Assembly (NCBI GenBank): GCA_003599595.1
Contig: QZIP01000015.1
Location: 4,379 to 68,378 of the forward strand
Reading direction: 5' to 3'
Length of the DNA stretch: 64,000 nt
From: Candidatus Parcubacteria bacterium
GTDB lineage: Bacteria; Patescibacteriota; Microgenomatia; Levybacterales; GWA1-39-11
Below are positions 1 to 9,364 of this stretch, in pieces (the stretch's first letter is position 1; each line of letters opens with the position of its first letter). Made by a program: the position numbers and the translations under genes. The notes below the pieces were generated by a model. The model saw nothing but the letters and a program-made list of their open reading frames with translations. It did no database searches and was not told the DNA's origin.

Positions 1-924
1 ATAAATGAGCATGAAGCCTATGGTGGATACAGAGAACTAAAAAACCAAGAAGGACAAATTGTAAGGAATGCTTGGGGAGGATATTGGCCACATCTATTAC
101 AAATGGATTGTATAATAGATCATTCTTGGCAGAAGTATGCATATTTGTTGAAAATGGAAGGAAGATTGAAATGCCCTGTTCTGGGTGTTATGCATGCGCC
201 ATGTTCAACAATGTACTCTTCTCCACCCCCAGTAGAAAAACCTTGTTTAGTAGGTATAAGTAGAGATCAGGCTAATCATTCGGAAGCTTTGTACGAAAAA
301 GAAACCAAGGTTTGCCATAATGGCATAGACATTGATTTTTACAAATCAATGCAAATTCAGAGAACAGATAGATACCTGTTTTTAGCAAGATTTAGCTTCA
401 TAAAATGTCCAGACTTGGCTATTATGGCCGCATTAGAAGCTGGTGTTGGTCTTGATATGATTGGTGACACAACAATCACCAATGAGCCAGAACTGTTCAA
501 AGAATGTATGAGACTGGCAGAGCAGAACTCACCAAATTGGGATCGTAGTAAGGGTAAGCAAATTAAAGTTATTGGTGGTGTTTCAAGAGATGAGACTGTA
601 TATTGGTATTCTCAAGCGAGAGCTATGCTACATCCAAATATGAGATTCAGAGAACCTTTAGGGCTGGCTCCTTTAGAAGCTCAAGCTTGTGGCACTCCTG
701 TTTGTGCTTGGAGGCGTGGAGCGATGATGGAAACTGTTAATGAAGGCAAAACCGGCTATTTAGTAAATTCGCTTCCTGAGATGGTTGAGATATTGAAAAC
801 TAATAAGATGGATGGATTAAGCAGAGATTATTGTAGAGAATGGGCTACTGGATTCAGTATCGATGTAATGGTCCATAGGTATAATGAGTTAGTTCAAGAA
901 GCTGTTCAAACAGGGGGATGGTAA
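1..924 (+). CDS. glycosyltransferase, GT-B fold family 1/4-like (5' end outside window)
   Basis: Frame 1 is open from base 1, so the listed 103 start is probably internal. EX7E motif REPLGLAPLEAQACGTPV is typical of GT1/GT4 enzymes. Confidence 0.75.
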   Translation: MNEHEAYGGYRELKNQEGQIVRNAWGGYWPHLLQMDCIIDHSWQKYAYLLKMEGRLKCPVLGVMHAPCSTMYSSPPPVEKPCLVGISRDQANHSEALYEKETKVCHNGIDIDFYKSMQIQRTDRYLFLARFSFIKCPDLAIMAALEAGVGLDMIGDTTITNEPELFKECMRLAEQNSPNWDRSKGKQIKVIGGVSRDETVYWYSQARAMLHPNMRFREPLGLAPLEAQACGTPVCAWRRGAMMETVNEGKTGYLVNSLPEMVEILKTNKMDGLSRDYCREWATGFSIDVMVHRYNELVQEAVQTGGW

Positions 925-1337
925 TGGCAGATAAAGTAGTCAGTTATCCCAAGTTTGATTGGGTTCAATGGCAAGCTTATTATCGTGGACATATTAGATG
1001 CGTAGTTGATTGGGAAATGTTAGTTGGTACAAAACCAATTGTTGGTCGATATTGGTGGTCAAATGAGTCTGATAAGATTGAAGTGTATTTTCCCTGGTAC
1101 ACTAATGGAAACTGGAGATGTGGCTCTCCCAAAAAAGTTTCACTTGGAAAAAATGATGTAATTGTGTCTATTCCAGTTGTAGCCTTCGATAATAACAAAA
1201 AGTTCTTAGTGTTAGATGGTTGTCATAGAGTGAGGGATTTGAAACCAAGAATAATTGTGTTAGATTATGTGTCAGTAAAGAAGGATAAGCTTTGTGCATT
1301 TACTGATTTATTGAATCCATCCCATAAGGTAAGTTAA
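918..1337 (+). CDS. hypothetical protein (weak ParB/Srx-like DGxHR motif, LVLDGCHRV)
   Basis: ORF in the + gene train. Its start overlaps the upstream stop (TAATG). Confidence 0.5.
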   Translation: MVMADKVVSYPKFDWVQWQAYYRGHIRCVVDWEMLVGTKPIVGRYWWSNESDKIEVYFPWYTNGNWRCGSPKKVSLGKNDVIVSIPVVAFDNNKKFLVLDGCHRVRDLKPRIIVLDYVSVKKDKLCAFTDLLNPSHKVS

Positions 1338-1685
1338 ATGATAGTGTATTTGGTTAAAGAAGTCTGTTGTGATTGGGGATGTAGAAAGACACATTTTGTT
1401 ACTTCTTCATTAGAAAAAGCTAATCAAATTAGAAGTATATATCCTCATATGGATATTGAAGAAAAAGAGTTAGATGAGCTAGTTCCAACAATATATAGAT
1501 ACTATGCTTATTTGGATGATGTGAAAAATTATTGTGTTGGTCCTTTTTATGATAAGACAGATATAGAAGATCGTTACTTTTCTGGTGTTAGTGGAGCTTA
1601 TGCTCATGGTAATACTAGAGAAGAAGCTGAAGCTAAAGCCAAACAAATGTTAAAAAACTGGGTTGAAATGGGAGAATTAACTTAA
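1338..1685 (+). CDS. hypothetical protein
   Basis: ORF abuts its neighbours (TAAATG start, TAATG end). No recognisable motif. Confidence 0.55.
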   Translation: MIVYLVKEVCCDWGCRKTHFVTSSLEKANQIRSIYPHMDIEEKELDELVPTIYRYYAYLDDVKNYCVGPFYDKTDIEDRYFSGVSGAYAHGNTREEAEAKAKQMLKNWVEMGELT

Positions 1686-2041
1686 TGGCTACTGAGAAAG
1701 CAATAGCTGAAACACCTAAAGAGTTTGTATGTGGACCATATAGATACACAATAGATTTTGATGGAGAAGCAAGTTATGATTACAGTTATTTAGGAGTTTG
1801 TTTAAATAGATCGCGTAGAATCAAGTTAGATCCTAGACAATCAGATACTGAACTTCCTCAAACACTTCTTCATGAAGCTATACATGCGCTTGGTGGCGCA
1901 TACGAGATAAAAGAATGGCGGGGACATACAACAGATGCTGCTGGTAACGTTACTGATAAAATTGATTTGATGGCTAGTGCATTATTGCAATTTATTCGTG
2001 TTAATCCTAAACTTGTTGAGTGGTTATCTAAGACGAGGTGA
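1685..2041 (+). CDS. putative zinc metallopeptidase-like protein (HExxH)
   Basis: LLHEAIHALGG contains an HExxH motif. Start is coupled to the upstream stop. Confidence 0.4.
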   Translation: MATEKAIAETPKEFVCGPYRYTIDFDGEASYDYSYLGVCLNRSRRIKLDPRQSDTELPQTLLHEAIHALGGAYEIKEWRGHTTDAAGNVTDKIDLMASALLQFIRVNPKLVEWLSKTR

Positions 2042-2044
2042 TTT

Positions 2045-2239
2045 ATGGCTGTTAGTTATCATGAATCTCAGGCAACTTTTTATCAAACTCCAAATAAAGA
2101 AGTTAATGAAAAGTTTGAAGAGTATAAGAAATTAGTTGGAACACCTACCTATTCTACTGTTACAGGTAAGAGTGGAAGAATATCTTCTATCAATATTATC
2201 AAGAATAATGTATTTTTCAGAGTAGAGGTTTCTGAATGA
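2045..2239 (+). CDS. hypothetical small protein
   Basis: Short ORF that fills the gap in the gene train. Confidence 0.4.
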   Translation: MAVSYHESQATFYQTPNKEVNEKFEEYKKLVGTPTYSTVTGKSGRISSINIIKNNVFFRVEVSE

Positions 2240-2985
2240 GTGATACAAGGTTTTTTCCAAGAGGCACTGGTCCTCTTGTTTCTTTTTTATTAGCTACTCG
2301 TAAAAGAGTAGATATGGTAAAAGTTGCTGTTGCTTCTATATTTGATAATGCTAAGTGTCCAGATCAAATAGAAATTATATTCAAAATAGACGATGATGAT
2401 CAAGAATCTATTAATTTTTATAATGATTTGAAATCAAAAGGAAGAAACGTAACAGGAATTATTGGACCTAGAGGATTGGGTTATAAGCAAATGCATGTCT
2501 GGGTCAATCAAATGGCTCAGATAGCTAAGGGTGATTGGCAATTGATTATGAATGATGATATGAGGTTTATTCAGAAAGATTGGGATGAAGTTTTATTGAA
2601 TGCTAATTTTCCATCGCCACTATGGCATCAATGCCCTGATGTTTGTGGTTTATTATGTCATACCGATGGCAGGCCTGATGCTACTGAATTCATGTTTGTT
2701 AGAAGAAAAATAATTGAATTATTAGGTCATTGGTCCTTAAACGTGCATAGTGATAATTGGATTAGTTCAGTTTTAGGATTTATGGGATGTATGTTTGCTT
2801 CTGGGGTTCATGTGGAGCATTTAAGTAATACATTTGAGGATGAAGTAAGAAAGGCCGCATTAGCAGTATACCCAATTTCTGGTAAAGATTTGAATCAACC
2901 AGCACAAATGTCTGCTAAATTAGAAGATATAATGAAACTTACAAAGTATATTAAACAATATAATGAGAATAAGAAAGTGGCATGA
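2236..2985 (+). CDS. GT-A-like glycosyltransferase (paralogue of the N-domain of 15867..16832)
   Basis: N-terminal beta-strand followed by an acidic run (IFKIDDDDQES) and an MNDDMRF DxD-like motif. Clear paralogy with 15867: KGDWxLxxxDDxxF, CPDxCxLxC, FVRRKxIExLGH. Confidence 0.5.
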   Translation: MSDTRFFPRGTGPLVSFLLATRKRVDMVKVAVASIFDNAKCPDQIEIIFKIDDDDQESINFYNDLKSKGRNVTGIIGPRGLGYKQMHVWVNQMAQIAKGDWQLIMNDDMRFIQKDWDEVLLNANFPSPLWHQCPDVCGLLCHTDGRPDATEFMFVRRKIIELLGHWSLNVHSDNWISSVLGFMGCMFASGVHVEHLSNTFEDEVRKAALAVYPISGKDLNQPAQMSAKLEDIMKLTKYIKQYNENKKVA

Positions 2986-3938
2986 AAAGAGCTTTAATCA
3001 CTGGTATAAATGGTTCAGGGGCCAGTTATTTAGCAGAATACTTGACTCAATTACTTGATGTCCAAGTAATGGGTATTACTCGGTGGCATACTGATAGATC
3101 ATCTTCTTTAAGTTCAATTCAGGATAAAATCAAGTTATTTGAATGTGATCTAACTGATCTCAGTTCAGTAATCAGAACATTAGAAGTAAGCCAACCAGAT
3201 TTCATTTTTCATTTAGCAGCACATGCTAATGTTAGATTATGCTTTGTTAATCCAATATCTGTGTTTGAGAACAATACCAAATCAACTCTCAATATTCTTG
3301 AAGCTATCAGAATATTGAAAATCAAACCAGTATTGCAGTTAGCAGGAACGTCTGAAGTATATGGACAGGTGAAACCTGAAGATTGTCCAATCAAGGAAAC
3401 GCATAAGATTGATCCAGTGAATGTGTATGCTATTAGTAAATTTGCTCAGGAGAAGTTCTGTAAATCATATTGGTTATCTTATGGTATTCCGGTAGTTTTA
3501 ACTAGAGCGTTTACCTACATCAATCCTAGACGTCCTGATATCTTCTCAAGTTCTTTTGCTAGACAAATAGTGGAGATTGAGAAGGGTAAAAGGGAGAAGT
3601 TGTTTTACGGAAATCTGGATTCTGTTAGAACATTTGTTGATGTTAGGGATATAGCTGAAGCTTATTGGGTTGCTGCTAATAAGTGTGATTATGGAATTGA
3701 ATATAACGTTGGCGGCAGTGAGACGATGTCCGTTGGTGGGTTTTTAGAACTTTTGTTGAAATATGCCAAGTGTAAGATTCCTCATGAACAAAATCCAGAG
3801 TTGTTACGTCCAGTAGATGTAACGATGCAAGTTCCAGATGTAACAAAATTTACAGAGAAAACAGGTTGGAAGCCAAAATATACATTTGATGATAGTGTCA
3901 AGTTCTTATTGGATTATTTTAGAGAAATTGTGAAATGA
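2982..3938 (+). CDS. NDP-sugar 4,6-dehydratase/epimerase, extended SDR (GDP-mannose 4,6-dehydratase-like)
   Basis: TGINGSGASYLAEYL Rossmann motif, GTSEVYG, the YAISK (YxxxK) catalytic motif and INPRRP all resemble Gmd-type SDRs. Confidence 0.75.
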   Translation: MKRALITGINGSGASYLAEYLTQLLDVQVMGITRWHTDRSSSLSSIQDKIKLFECDLTDLSSVIRTLEVSQPDFIFHLAAHANVRLCFVNPISVFENNTKSTLNILEAIRILKIKPVLQLAGTSEVYGQVKPEDCPIKETHKIDPVNVYAISKFAQEKFCKSYWLSYGIPVVLTRAFTYINPRRPDIFSSSFARQIVEIEKGKREKLFYGNLDSVRTFVDVRDIAEAYWVAANKCDYGIEYNVGGSETMSVGGFLELLLKYAKCKIPHEQNPELLRPVDVTMQVPDVTKFTEKTGWKPKYTFDDSVKFLLDYFREIVK

Positions 3939-4144
3939 CTAATGATGAAATTTATTGGTTAAATCGGATAAATTTGAATTTGAAACCAAGTTCAGGGGAA
4001 TGTACTTGGGGAGATATGGTTACATTTTGTAGTCTTTTAGATACTGATTATGTATCTTGTTCGGTTTCTGGAGAAGATATACAGTTGACTGAAAAAGGAA
4101 AAGATTTAATAGACAAGTATAACTTAAAAGGGTGTATTGAATGA
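3935..4144 (+). CDS. hypothetical small protein
   Basis: ATGA-coupled ORF between two enzyme genes. Confidence 0.45.
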   Translation: MTNDEIYWLNRINLNLKPSSGECTWGDMVTFCSLLDTDYVSCSVSGEDIQLTEKGKDLIDKYNLKGCIE

Positions 4145-4917
4145 ATAATCAAGAATTAGAAACAATCGCTAAATCAGTTAGAAGAAGAATATTTGACTTC
4201 AAGACAAAGTCTGGAGTTGGTCATTTGGCCAGCTGTTTGTCTGTAGTGGATATTCTTGTTTCTTTGTATTATGATGAAGAGACTTGTTTTGATTACAAGA
4301 AAGATATTTTGATTTTTAGTAAGTCTCATGGTTCTCCAGCTGTTTACCCCATTTTAGCTGATAAGGGTTTGATTGATCCAGCTGAATTGGACAAGTATTG
4401 TCAGCCAGATGGTATATTGAGAATGCATACTGACAAAACTATTCCAGGTTGTCATTTTCTCGGTGGCTCATTAGGTAATGGTATTGGATATGCTGCTGGA
4501 TTAGCTTATGAGAATCCAGATCAGAAAGTGTTTGTTATTTTGGGTGATGGTGAGCTATATGAAGGTTCTGTTTGGGAAAGCTTGATGTTCATTGCTCATC
4601 ACAATTTGAACAATATGAAGTTGATTGTAGATAGAAACCACTTGTCCATTCTTGGTGATACAGAAGAATTGCTGAAAATAGAATCGTTGTGTGATAAATT
4701 TAAGAGTTTTGGGATTGATAGTTTTAGAATTGATGGTCATAGTTTTGATGATCTTAGATTTTTCTTAAATGATGTGTATAATGACAAGCCGTTATGTATT
4801 GTGGCAGATACTATCAAGGGTAAAGGTGTTTCGTATATGGAAGGTAAGTGGATATATCATACTATCATTCCGAATAAACCAGAGTTAATTAAGCAAGGAT
4901 TGGAGGAATTATCATGA
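4141..4917 (+). CDS. transketolase, N-terminal (ThDP-binding) subunit
   Basis: GHLASCLS, GSLGNGIGYAAG and the GDGELYEGSVWE...DRN ThDP-binding motif. Confidence 0.85.
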   Translation: MNNQELETIAKSVRRRIFDFKTKSGVGHLASCLSVVDILVSLYYDEETCFDYKKDILIFSKSHGSPAVYPILADKGLIDPAELDKYCQPDGILRMHTDKTIPGCHFLGGSLGNGIGYAAGLAYENPDQKVFVILGDGELYEGSVWESLMFIAHHNLNNMKLIVDRNHLSILGDTEELLKIESLCDKFKSFGIDSFRIDGHSFDDLRFFLNDVYNDKPLCIVADTIKGKGVSYMEGKWIYHTIIPNKPELIKQGLEELS

Positions 4918-5855
4918 GTTCCCAAAGAGATACATTTTTATTGGGTTTATTAGAAGAAGCCAAAAAGGATGACAAAATTAAATTGTTGTCTATAGATATG
5001 GGTGCTCCATCGTTAGATGCGTGGAGAAGTGAACTTCCAAAACAATTTATGCCAATGGGGATATCTGAACAGAATGCTATTAACTTTGGTGCTGGTTTAG
5101 CTTCCAGAGGATATAAAGTTTATGCTTATACAATGGCTTGTTGGGCTGCTAGGTGTTTTGAACAAGTGAGATATTCATGTGCTATGGCACAACTGCCATT
5201 AACATTAGTAGGAACTGGTGTGGGATTGGGATATGTACATTCTGGAGCCGCACATAATCCTACTGAAGATATAGCTTATATGCGTTCTTTAGTTGGAATA
5301 GAAATTGATTCCCCAGTTAATAGCAATGCTACCAAGGCTCTAGTCAAGTTGACAGTAAATCAACCGAAGTTACGGTATATTCGCTTGGAGAGAGTGTTTG
5401 ACAAAAGCCTAGAGTCCTTGCACCCTATGATAGACTTTAATATATCAAGGGGAATGGATTGGGTGCATAGATCTGCAAAAGATTGTATTGTAACAAGTGG
5501 TTATATGATGCATCGAGTTTTGAAGGTAAGAGAGTTGTTGAAGGAACGGGAGGGAATTGATATTGCAGTAGTGGATTTATGGAGAGTAAAACCAATAGAT
5601 AGACAGATATTCTTTCAGACATTTTATGATTATGAAAAGATTATCACAGTTGAAGAACAGACATTATCCGGTGGATTTGGTTCTGCTGTTTGTGAAATGA
5701 TTTGTGATTTGAGTTGGAATAAGAAAGTGTTGAGAATGGGATTAGATGAAAGATATATTTTTGAGAATGGAACCAGAGACCAACTGTTAGATAATAATGG
5801 GTTGTCTATTGAGAGTTTGTATGAGAATATATTGAAGTTTGTGAGATCTAAATGA
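4914..5855 (+). CDS. transketolase, C-terminal (pyrimidine-binding) subunit
   Basis: MGISEQNAINFGAGLASRGYKVY is typical of split transketolase / DXS-like C-terminal subunits. The gene is ATGA-coupled to the N-terminal subunit. Confidence 0.85.
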   Translation: MSSQRDTFLLGLLEEAKKDDKIKLLSIDMGAPSLDAWRSELPKQFMPMGISEQNAINFGAGLASRGYKVYAYTMACWAARCFEQVRYSCAMAQLPLTLVGTGVGLGYVHSGAAHNPTEDIAYMRSLVGIEIDSPVNSNATKALVKLTVNQPKLRYIRLERVFDKSLESLHPMIDFNISRGMDWVHRSAKDCIVTSGYMMHRVLKVRELLKEREGIDIAVVDLWRVKPIDRQIFFQTFYDYEKIITVEEQTLSGGFGSAVCEMICDLSWNKKVLRMGLDERYIFENGTRDQLLDNNGLSIESLYENILKFVRSK

Positions 5856-6085
5856 GAAAAGATAAAGCAGTTCAAAAGTATATGTTAGTTACATTTCATA
5901 CAGGTAATGACGTAACATGTCTTGGTGAATACAAAATATTTGGTATATACGATAGTTTGGAAGAAGCAGTAAAGTATAGGTTAGCATTGAATTCTTATCC
6001 GTTAGAATTAGGTATTTCTCGTTACAAGATAATACGTGTTGATGAATTAGAAGTTGATATGCATTATGAACAAGGTGCCAAATGA
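5852..6085 (+). CDS. hypothetical small protein
   Basis: Coupled ORF with no recognisable motif. Confidence 0.45.
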   Translation: MRKDKAVQKYMLVTFHTGNDVTCLGEYKIFGIYDSLEEAVKYRLALNSYPLELGISRYKIIRVDELEVDMHYEQGAK

Positions 6086-6915
6086 AAAGATGGACCTCTT
6101 TAAATCAAATTCAAGAAAAGGGATACCTTGTTTACAAAAATGTGGTTCCTAAGAGTTTATTGGATGCAGTAATTGAAGACATTCATAAAATGAAGTTTTT
6201 TCCATATGCTACAGATCAAATGGGTATGATGGAATTATATCATACCCAAGCAATGTGGAATGTTCGCCAGCATCCAGCAATTCATAAGATATTTTCTGAT
6301 TTATTCCAAATTAGTAAGCTTTGGACAAGTATTGATCGAGTAAGTTGCAAGGAAAAATCCGAATTCTCGCTAGGAGGATTTATACATTGGGATATTTGTC
6401 CTAATAAGAATCCAAGAGTGTTGGAGTTTCAAGGTGTGTTAGCCTTAACTGATACTGATGAAGACATGGGCGGTTTTCATTGTGTTCCATCATTGTATCA
6501 AGGTTTACAAGAATGGTTAGATGAGCTACCGACTAAGAAAGCTGTGTTTTCTTATTTTAATGTAGATAAAGATGAAGCTGTTGAAGTTATTTCTTCTACA
6601 TTTCCATACAAAAAGCCTAAAAGATGGCAAATTGAAAAGGTTCCAGTTAAAGCTGGTGATTTGATTATTTGGGATTCTTATTTACCCCATGGTAATGGTG
6701 TGAATAAAACTGACAAGCCAAGACTAGCCCAGTATATTACTATGTTTCCGGTTGGTGATTTGAGATTAAAACATGAGAGGGTAGATTGTTGGAAGGAAAG
6801 TAAACCGCCATCTGGATTCGCATTTCCTGGTAATCCATATTTACTAGTTCAAGAGAAGCCTGCTGAATTGACTAGATTAGGTAAGAGATTGCTTGGCTTA
6901 TATAAATGGGAGTAA
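6082..6915 (+). CDS. phytanoyl-CoA dioxygenase (PhyH)-family Fe(II)/2-oxoglutarate oxygenase
   Basis: An HxD triad element (IHWDI) and a distal His (YLPHGNG) with PhyH-like spacing. Confidence 0.6.
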   Translation: MKRWTSLNQIQEKGYLVYKNVVPKSLLDAVIEDIHKMKFFPYATDQMGMMELYHTQAMWNVRQHPAIHKIFSDLFQISKLWTSIDRVSCKEKSEFSLGGFIHWDICPNKNPRVLEFQGVLALTDTDEDMGGFHCVPSLYQGLQEWLDELPTKKAVFSYFNVDKDEAVEVISSTFPYKKPKRWQIEKVPVKAGDLIIWDSYLPHGNGVNKTDKPRLAQYITMFPVGDLRLKHERVDCWKESKPPSGFAFPGNPYLLVQEKPAELTRLGKRLLGLYKWE

Positions 6916-6918
6916 GAA

Positions 6919-8463
6919 ATGATTGACGTTCTCTTTATTTCTCCAGGTAATGCAAGTGAGATTTACCAAGGATTGGCAACAGATTATAGTGCAATTGAGC
7001 CGCCTACTTGGGCTTTATTGTTGGCTGAATCTTGCAGGTCTGTTGGTTATAAAGTTGGTTTGATTGATGTTCTAGCTGAAAAGTTACTACACAAGGAAGT
7101 TATAGATAGAATCAATCAATTACAACCAAGATTGGTATGTATAGTTGCAATGGGGCAGAACGTGAATGCTGGTGCTGTCACTATGAGCGGCGCTGTAAAA
7201 CTTGCAAACGATATTAAGGCAGCTAAAATAGAAACCCCAATTGGATTGGTTGGTTCTTATCCACAAGCTTTACCATACAAAACGTTAGAAGATGAACCAA
7301 GTATAGATATAGTGTTTTGTAATGAAGGAGTTTATGTTTTTAGAAACCTATTGAATGAGAATGGAGACAAGTTTGTTGATTTGAACAAATTAGATCATGT
7401 CAACGGAATTGGATATAGGAAAGATGGCAAGCCTTTCTTAAACCCTCCTGAGGGAATAGTTCCTCAAAATAGAATGGATGAGGATTTACCTGGCTACGCT
7501 TGGGATTTGCTTCCCAAAAAAGAGAATCCGTTTGATCTTTACCGATGTCCGATGTGGCATTCAAATTATGATCAAAATAAAAGATCTCCATATGCTACAG
7601 TTTACACAAGTCTTGGTTGCATATGGACTTGCGATTTCTGCATGATCAACATTTTAAATCGTACATCTAATGACCCAATAGGAGTAGCAAGTAAGTATAA
7701 CGTAATGCGTCACTGGTCAACAGAACGCGTTGTCAAACAAATTGACAAATTGGTTGAAATGGGTGTTTACACTATTCGTATTTGTGATGAGATGTTCCTG
7801 TTGAATAAAAAGTATTATTTACCAATTTGTGAAGAATTATCCAAAAAGCCGTACGCTGATAAATTGTTGATGTGGGCTTATTCTAGAGTAGACACGGTAG
7901 CTAAGAATCCCAAAATTCTTGAATTATTGAGAAAAGCAGGATTTAAATGGCTGTGTTTAGGTATCGAGAGTGGTAATAGAAATGTTAGATTAGAAGCATC
8001 TAAAGGTAAGTTTGAGGATGTAGACATTAAGGAAGTTGTAAATTCTATTCACGATGCTGGAATAGAAGTGTTAGCTAATTATTTGTTTGGACTTCCTGAA
8101 GATACCATGGAGACAATGCAGCAGACTTTGGATTTGAGTTTGGAACTTTGCACTTCTGGGTGGAATGGTTATTGTACAATGGCATTTCCAGGAAGTCAGT
8201 TATACAAAGATGCTCTACAACTTAATTATGATATGCCCAAAACTTACTCAGCTTGGTCGTATCATTCTTATGATATGGTTCCTATGAGAACCAAGTATTT
8301 AACTGCCGCTGAAGTTGTAAAATTCCGAGATGAGGCATTTACTACATATCATACTTATCCTCCATTTTTGAAGAGAATAGAAGAGAAGTTTGGTAAGCAA
8401 GAAGTTGAAAATATTGTCAAGATGACACAGATTAAACTCAAACGGAAGATATTAGGGGATTGA
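6919..8463 (+). CDS. B12-binding-domain radical SAM enzyme (class B, methyltransferase-like)
   Basis: The N-terminal region resembles a B12-binding domain. CIWTCDFC is the CxxxCxxC radical SAM cluster motif. Confidence 0.8.
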   Translation: MIDVLFISPGNASEIYQGLATDYSAIEPPTWALLLAESCRSVGYKVGLIDVLAEKLLHKEVIDRINQLQPRLVCIVAMGQNVNAGAVTMSGAVKLANDIKAAKIETPIGLVGSYPQALPYKTLEDEPSIDIVFCNEGVYVFRNLLNENGDKFVDLNKLDHVNGIGYRKDGKPFLNPPEGIVPQNRMDEDLPGYAWDLLPKKENPFDLYRCPMWHSNYDQNKRSPYATVYTSLGCIWTCDFCMINILNRTSNDPIGVASKYNVMRHWSTERVVKQIDKLVEMGVYTIRICDEMFLLNKKYYLPICEELSKKPYADKLLMWAYSRVDTVAKNPKILELLRKAGFKWLCLGIESGNRNVRLEASKGKFEDVDIKEVVNSIHDAGIEVLANYLFGLPEDTMETMQQTLDLSLELCTSGWNGYCTMAFPGSQLYKDALQLNYDMPKTYSAWSYHSYDMVPMRTKYLTAAEVVKFRDEAFTTYHTYPPFLKRIEEKFGKQEVENIVKMTQIKLKRKILGD

Positions 8464-8464
8464 T

Positions 8465-9337
8465 ATGGACATACGGACATTGATTGAAATTTGTTCTGAA
8501 TTACCTCCAGATGCTGAGGTATTAGGGATTTGTTTAGATCGCGAGTTGGAAACTTTAGAATTTGTATTAGATCGTGATAAGTCTAAGCTATTAGAAGGTG
8601 TATTGTTAATGATAGAAGATATAGAAAGTGTAGTTGTTTCTAGACCTTGGGGAGAAATGATTTGTTCTAAAGATCCTTGTATGTCTGATCCAGATTATGA
8701 AAAGGAATTGCTTGAATTAGTTAATGCTTACGAATGGCCTGATGGTGAATTGATATGTTATGATTTGGGTGCTAATGAGGGATTTTGGACAACTTTTTTA
8801 GCTACGTTTAGGCCAAATTCTACAGTGTATTCTTTTGAACCACAACCAACTAATTTTGGCTTTTTGACAAGAAATGTGGTTAGATTAGGTTTGTCTAACG
8901 TATACTGTAATTGTAGCGCGCTTGGGGAAGCAAATAAAATTGCAGATTTTTGGTTTAATACAGGCCCAGGATTAGGAGATTCTTCTTTAGTGCAACGTTC
9001 CCAAAATGGTGGATGTACTAAAGTTCCTGTTCGACGTTTAGATTCATTACATATTCCTCCACCAAATTTTATTAAAATGGATGTAGAATATTATGAGTTT
9101 GAAGTTTTGTTAGGTATGGGCGATTTGTTGAATAATGAAAATATCCAATTGTTGGTGGAAGTTCATTCAAACTGTAGTAAGAAAGTGTGGGGGTATTTAT
9201 CTGGAAAGGGATTTTTGATTTATAGAGTTCCTCAATCTATCCCACACAGAGGTCATTTTGGTCATGCATATTGGTGTTCTAGAAAAGAATTAGATTTTGG
9301 AAAACTTATTGAGGGGGTTGAACAAAATGTGCCGTAA
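8465..9337 (+). CDS. FkbM-family SAM-dependent methyltransferase
   Basis: YDLGANEGFWT (DxGAxxG) and a C-terminal VExH region are typical of the FkbM family. Confidence 0.65.
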   Translation: MDIRTLIEICSELPPDAEVLGICLDRELETLEFVLDRDKSKLLEGVLLMIEDIESVVVSRPWGEMICSKDPCMSDPDYEKELLELVNAYEWPDGELICYDLGANEGFWTTFLATFRPNSTVYSFEPQPTNFGFLTRNVVRLGLSNVYCNCSALGEANKIADFWFNTGPGLGDSSLVQRSQNGGCTKVPVRRLDSLHIPPPNFIKMDVEYYEFEVLLGMGDLLNNENIQLLVEVHSNCSKKVWGYLSGKGFLIYRVPQSIPHRGHFGHAYWCSRKELDFGKLIEGVEQNVP

Positions 9338-9364
9338 TGTAACAATAAAAACCGAAGAATTGAA

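Noticed and set aside
72-263. A 63-aa + strand ORF at the left edge of the window.
   Set aside because: It lies entirely inside the longer glycosyltransferase reading frame, in another frame. That glycosyltransferase frame is open from base 1.
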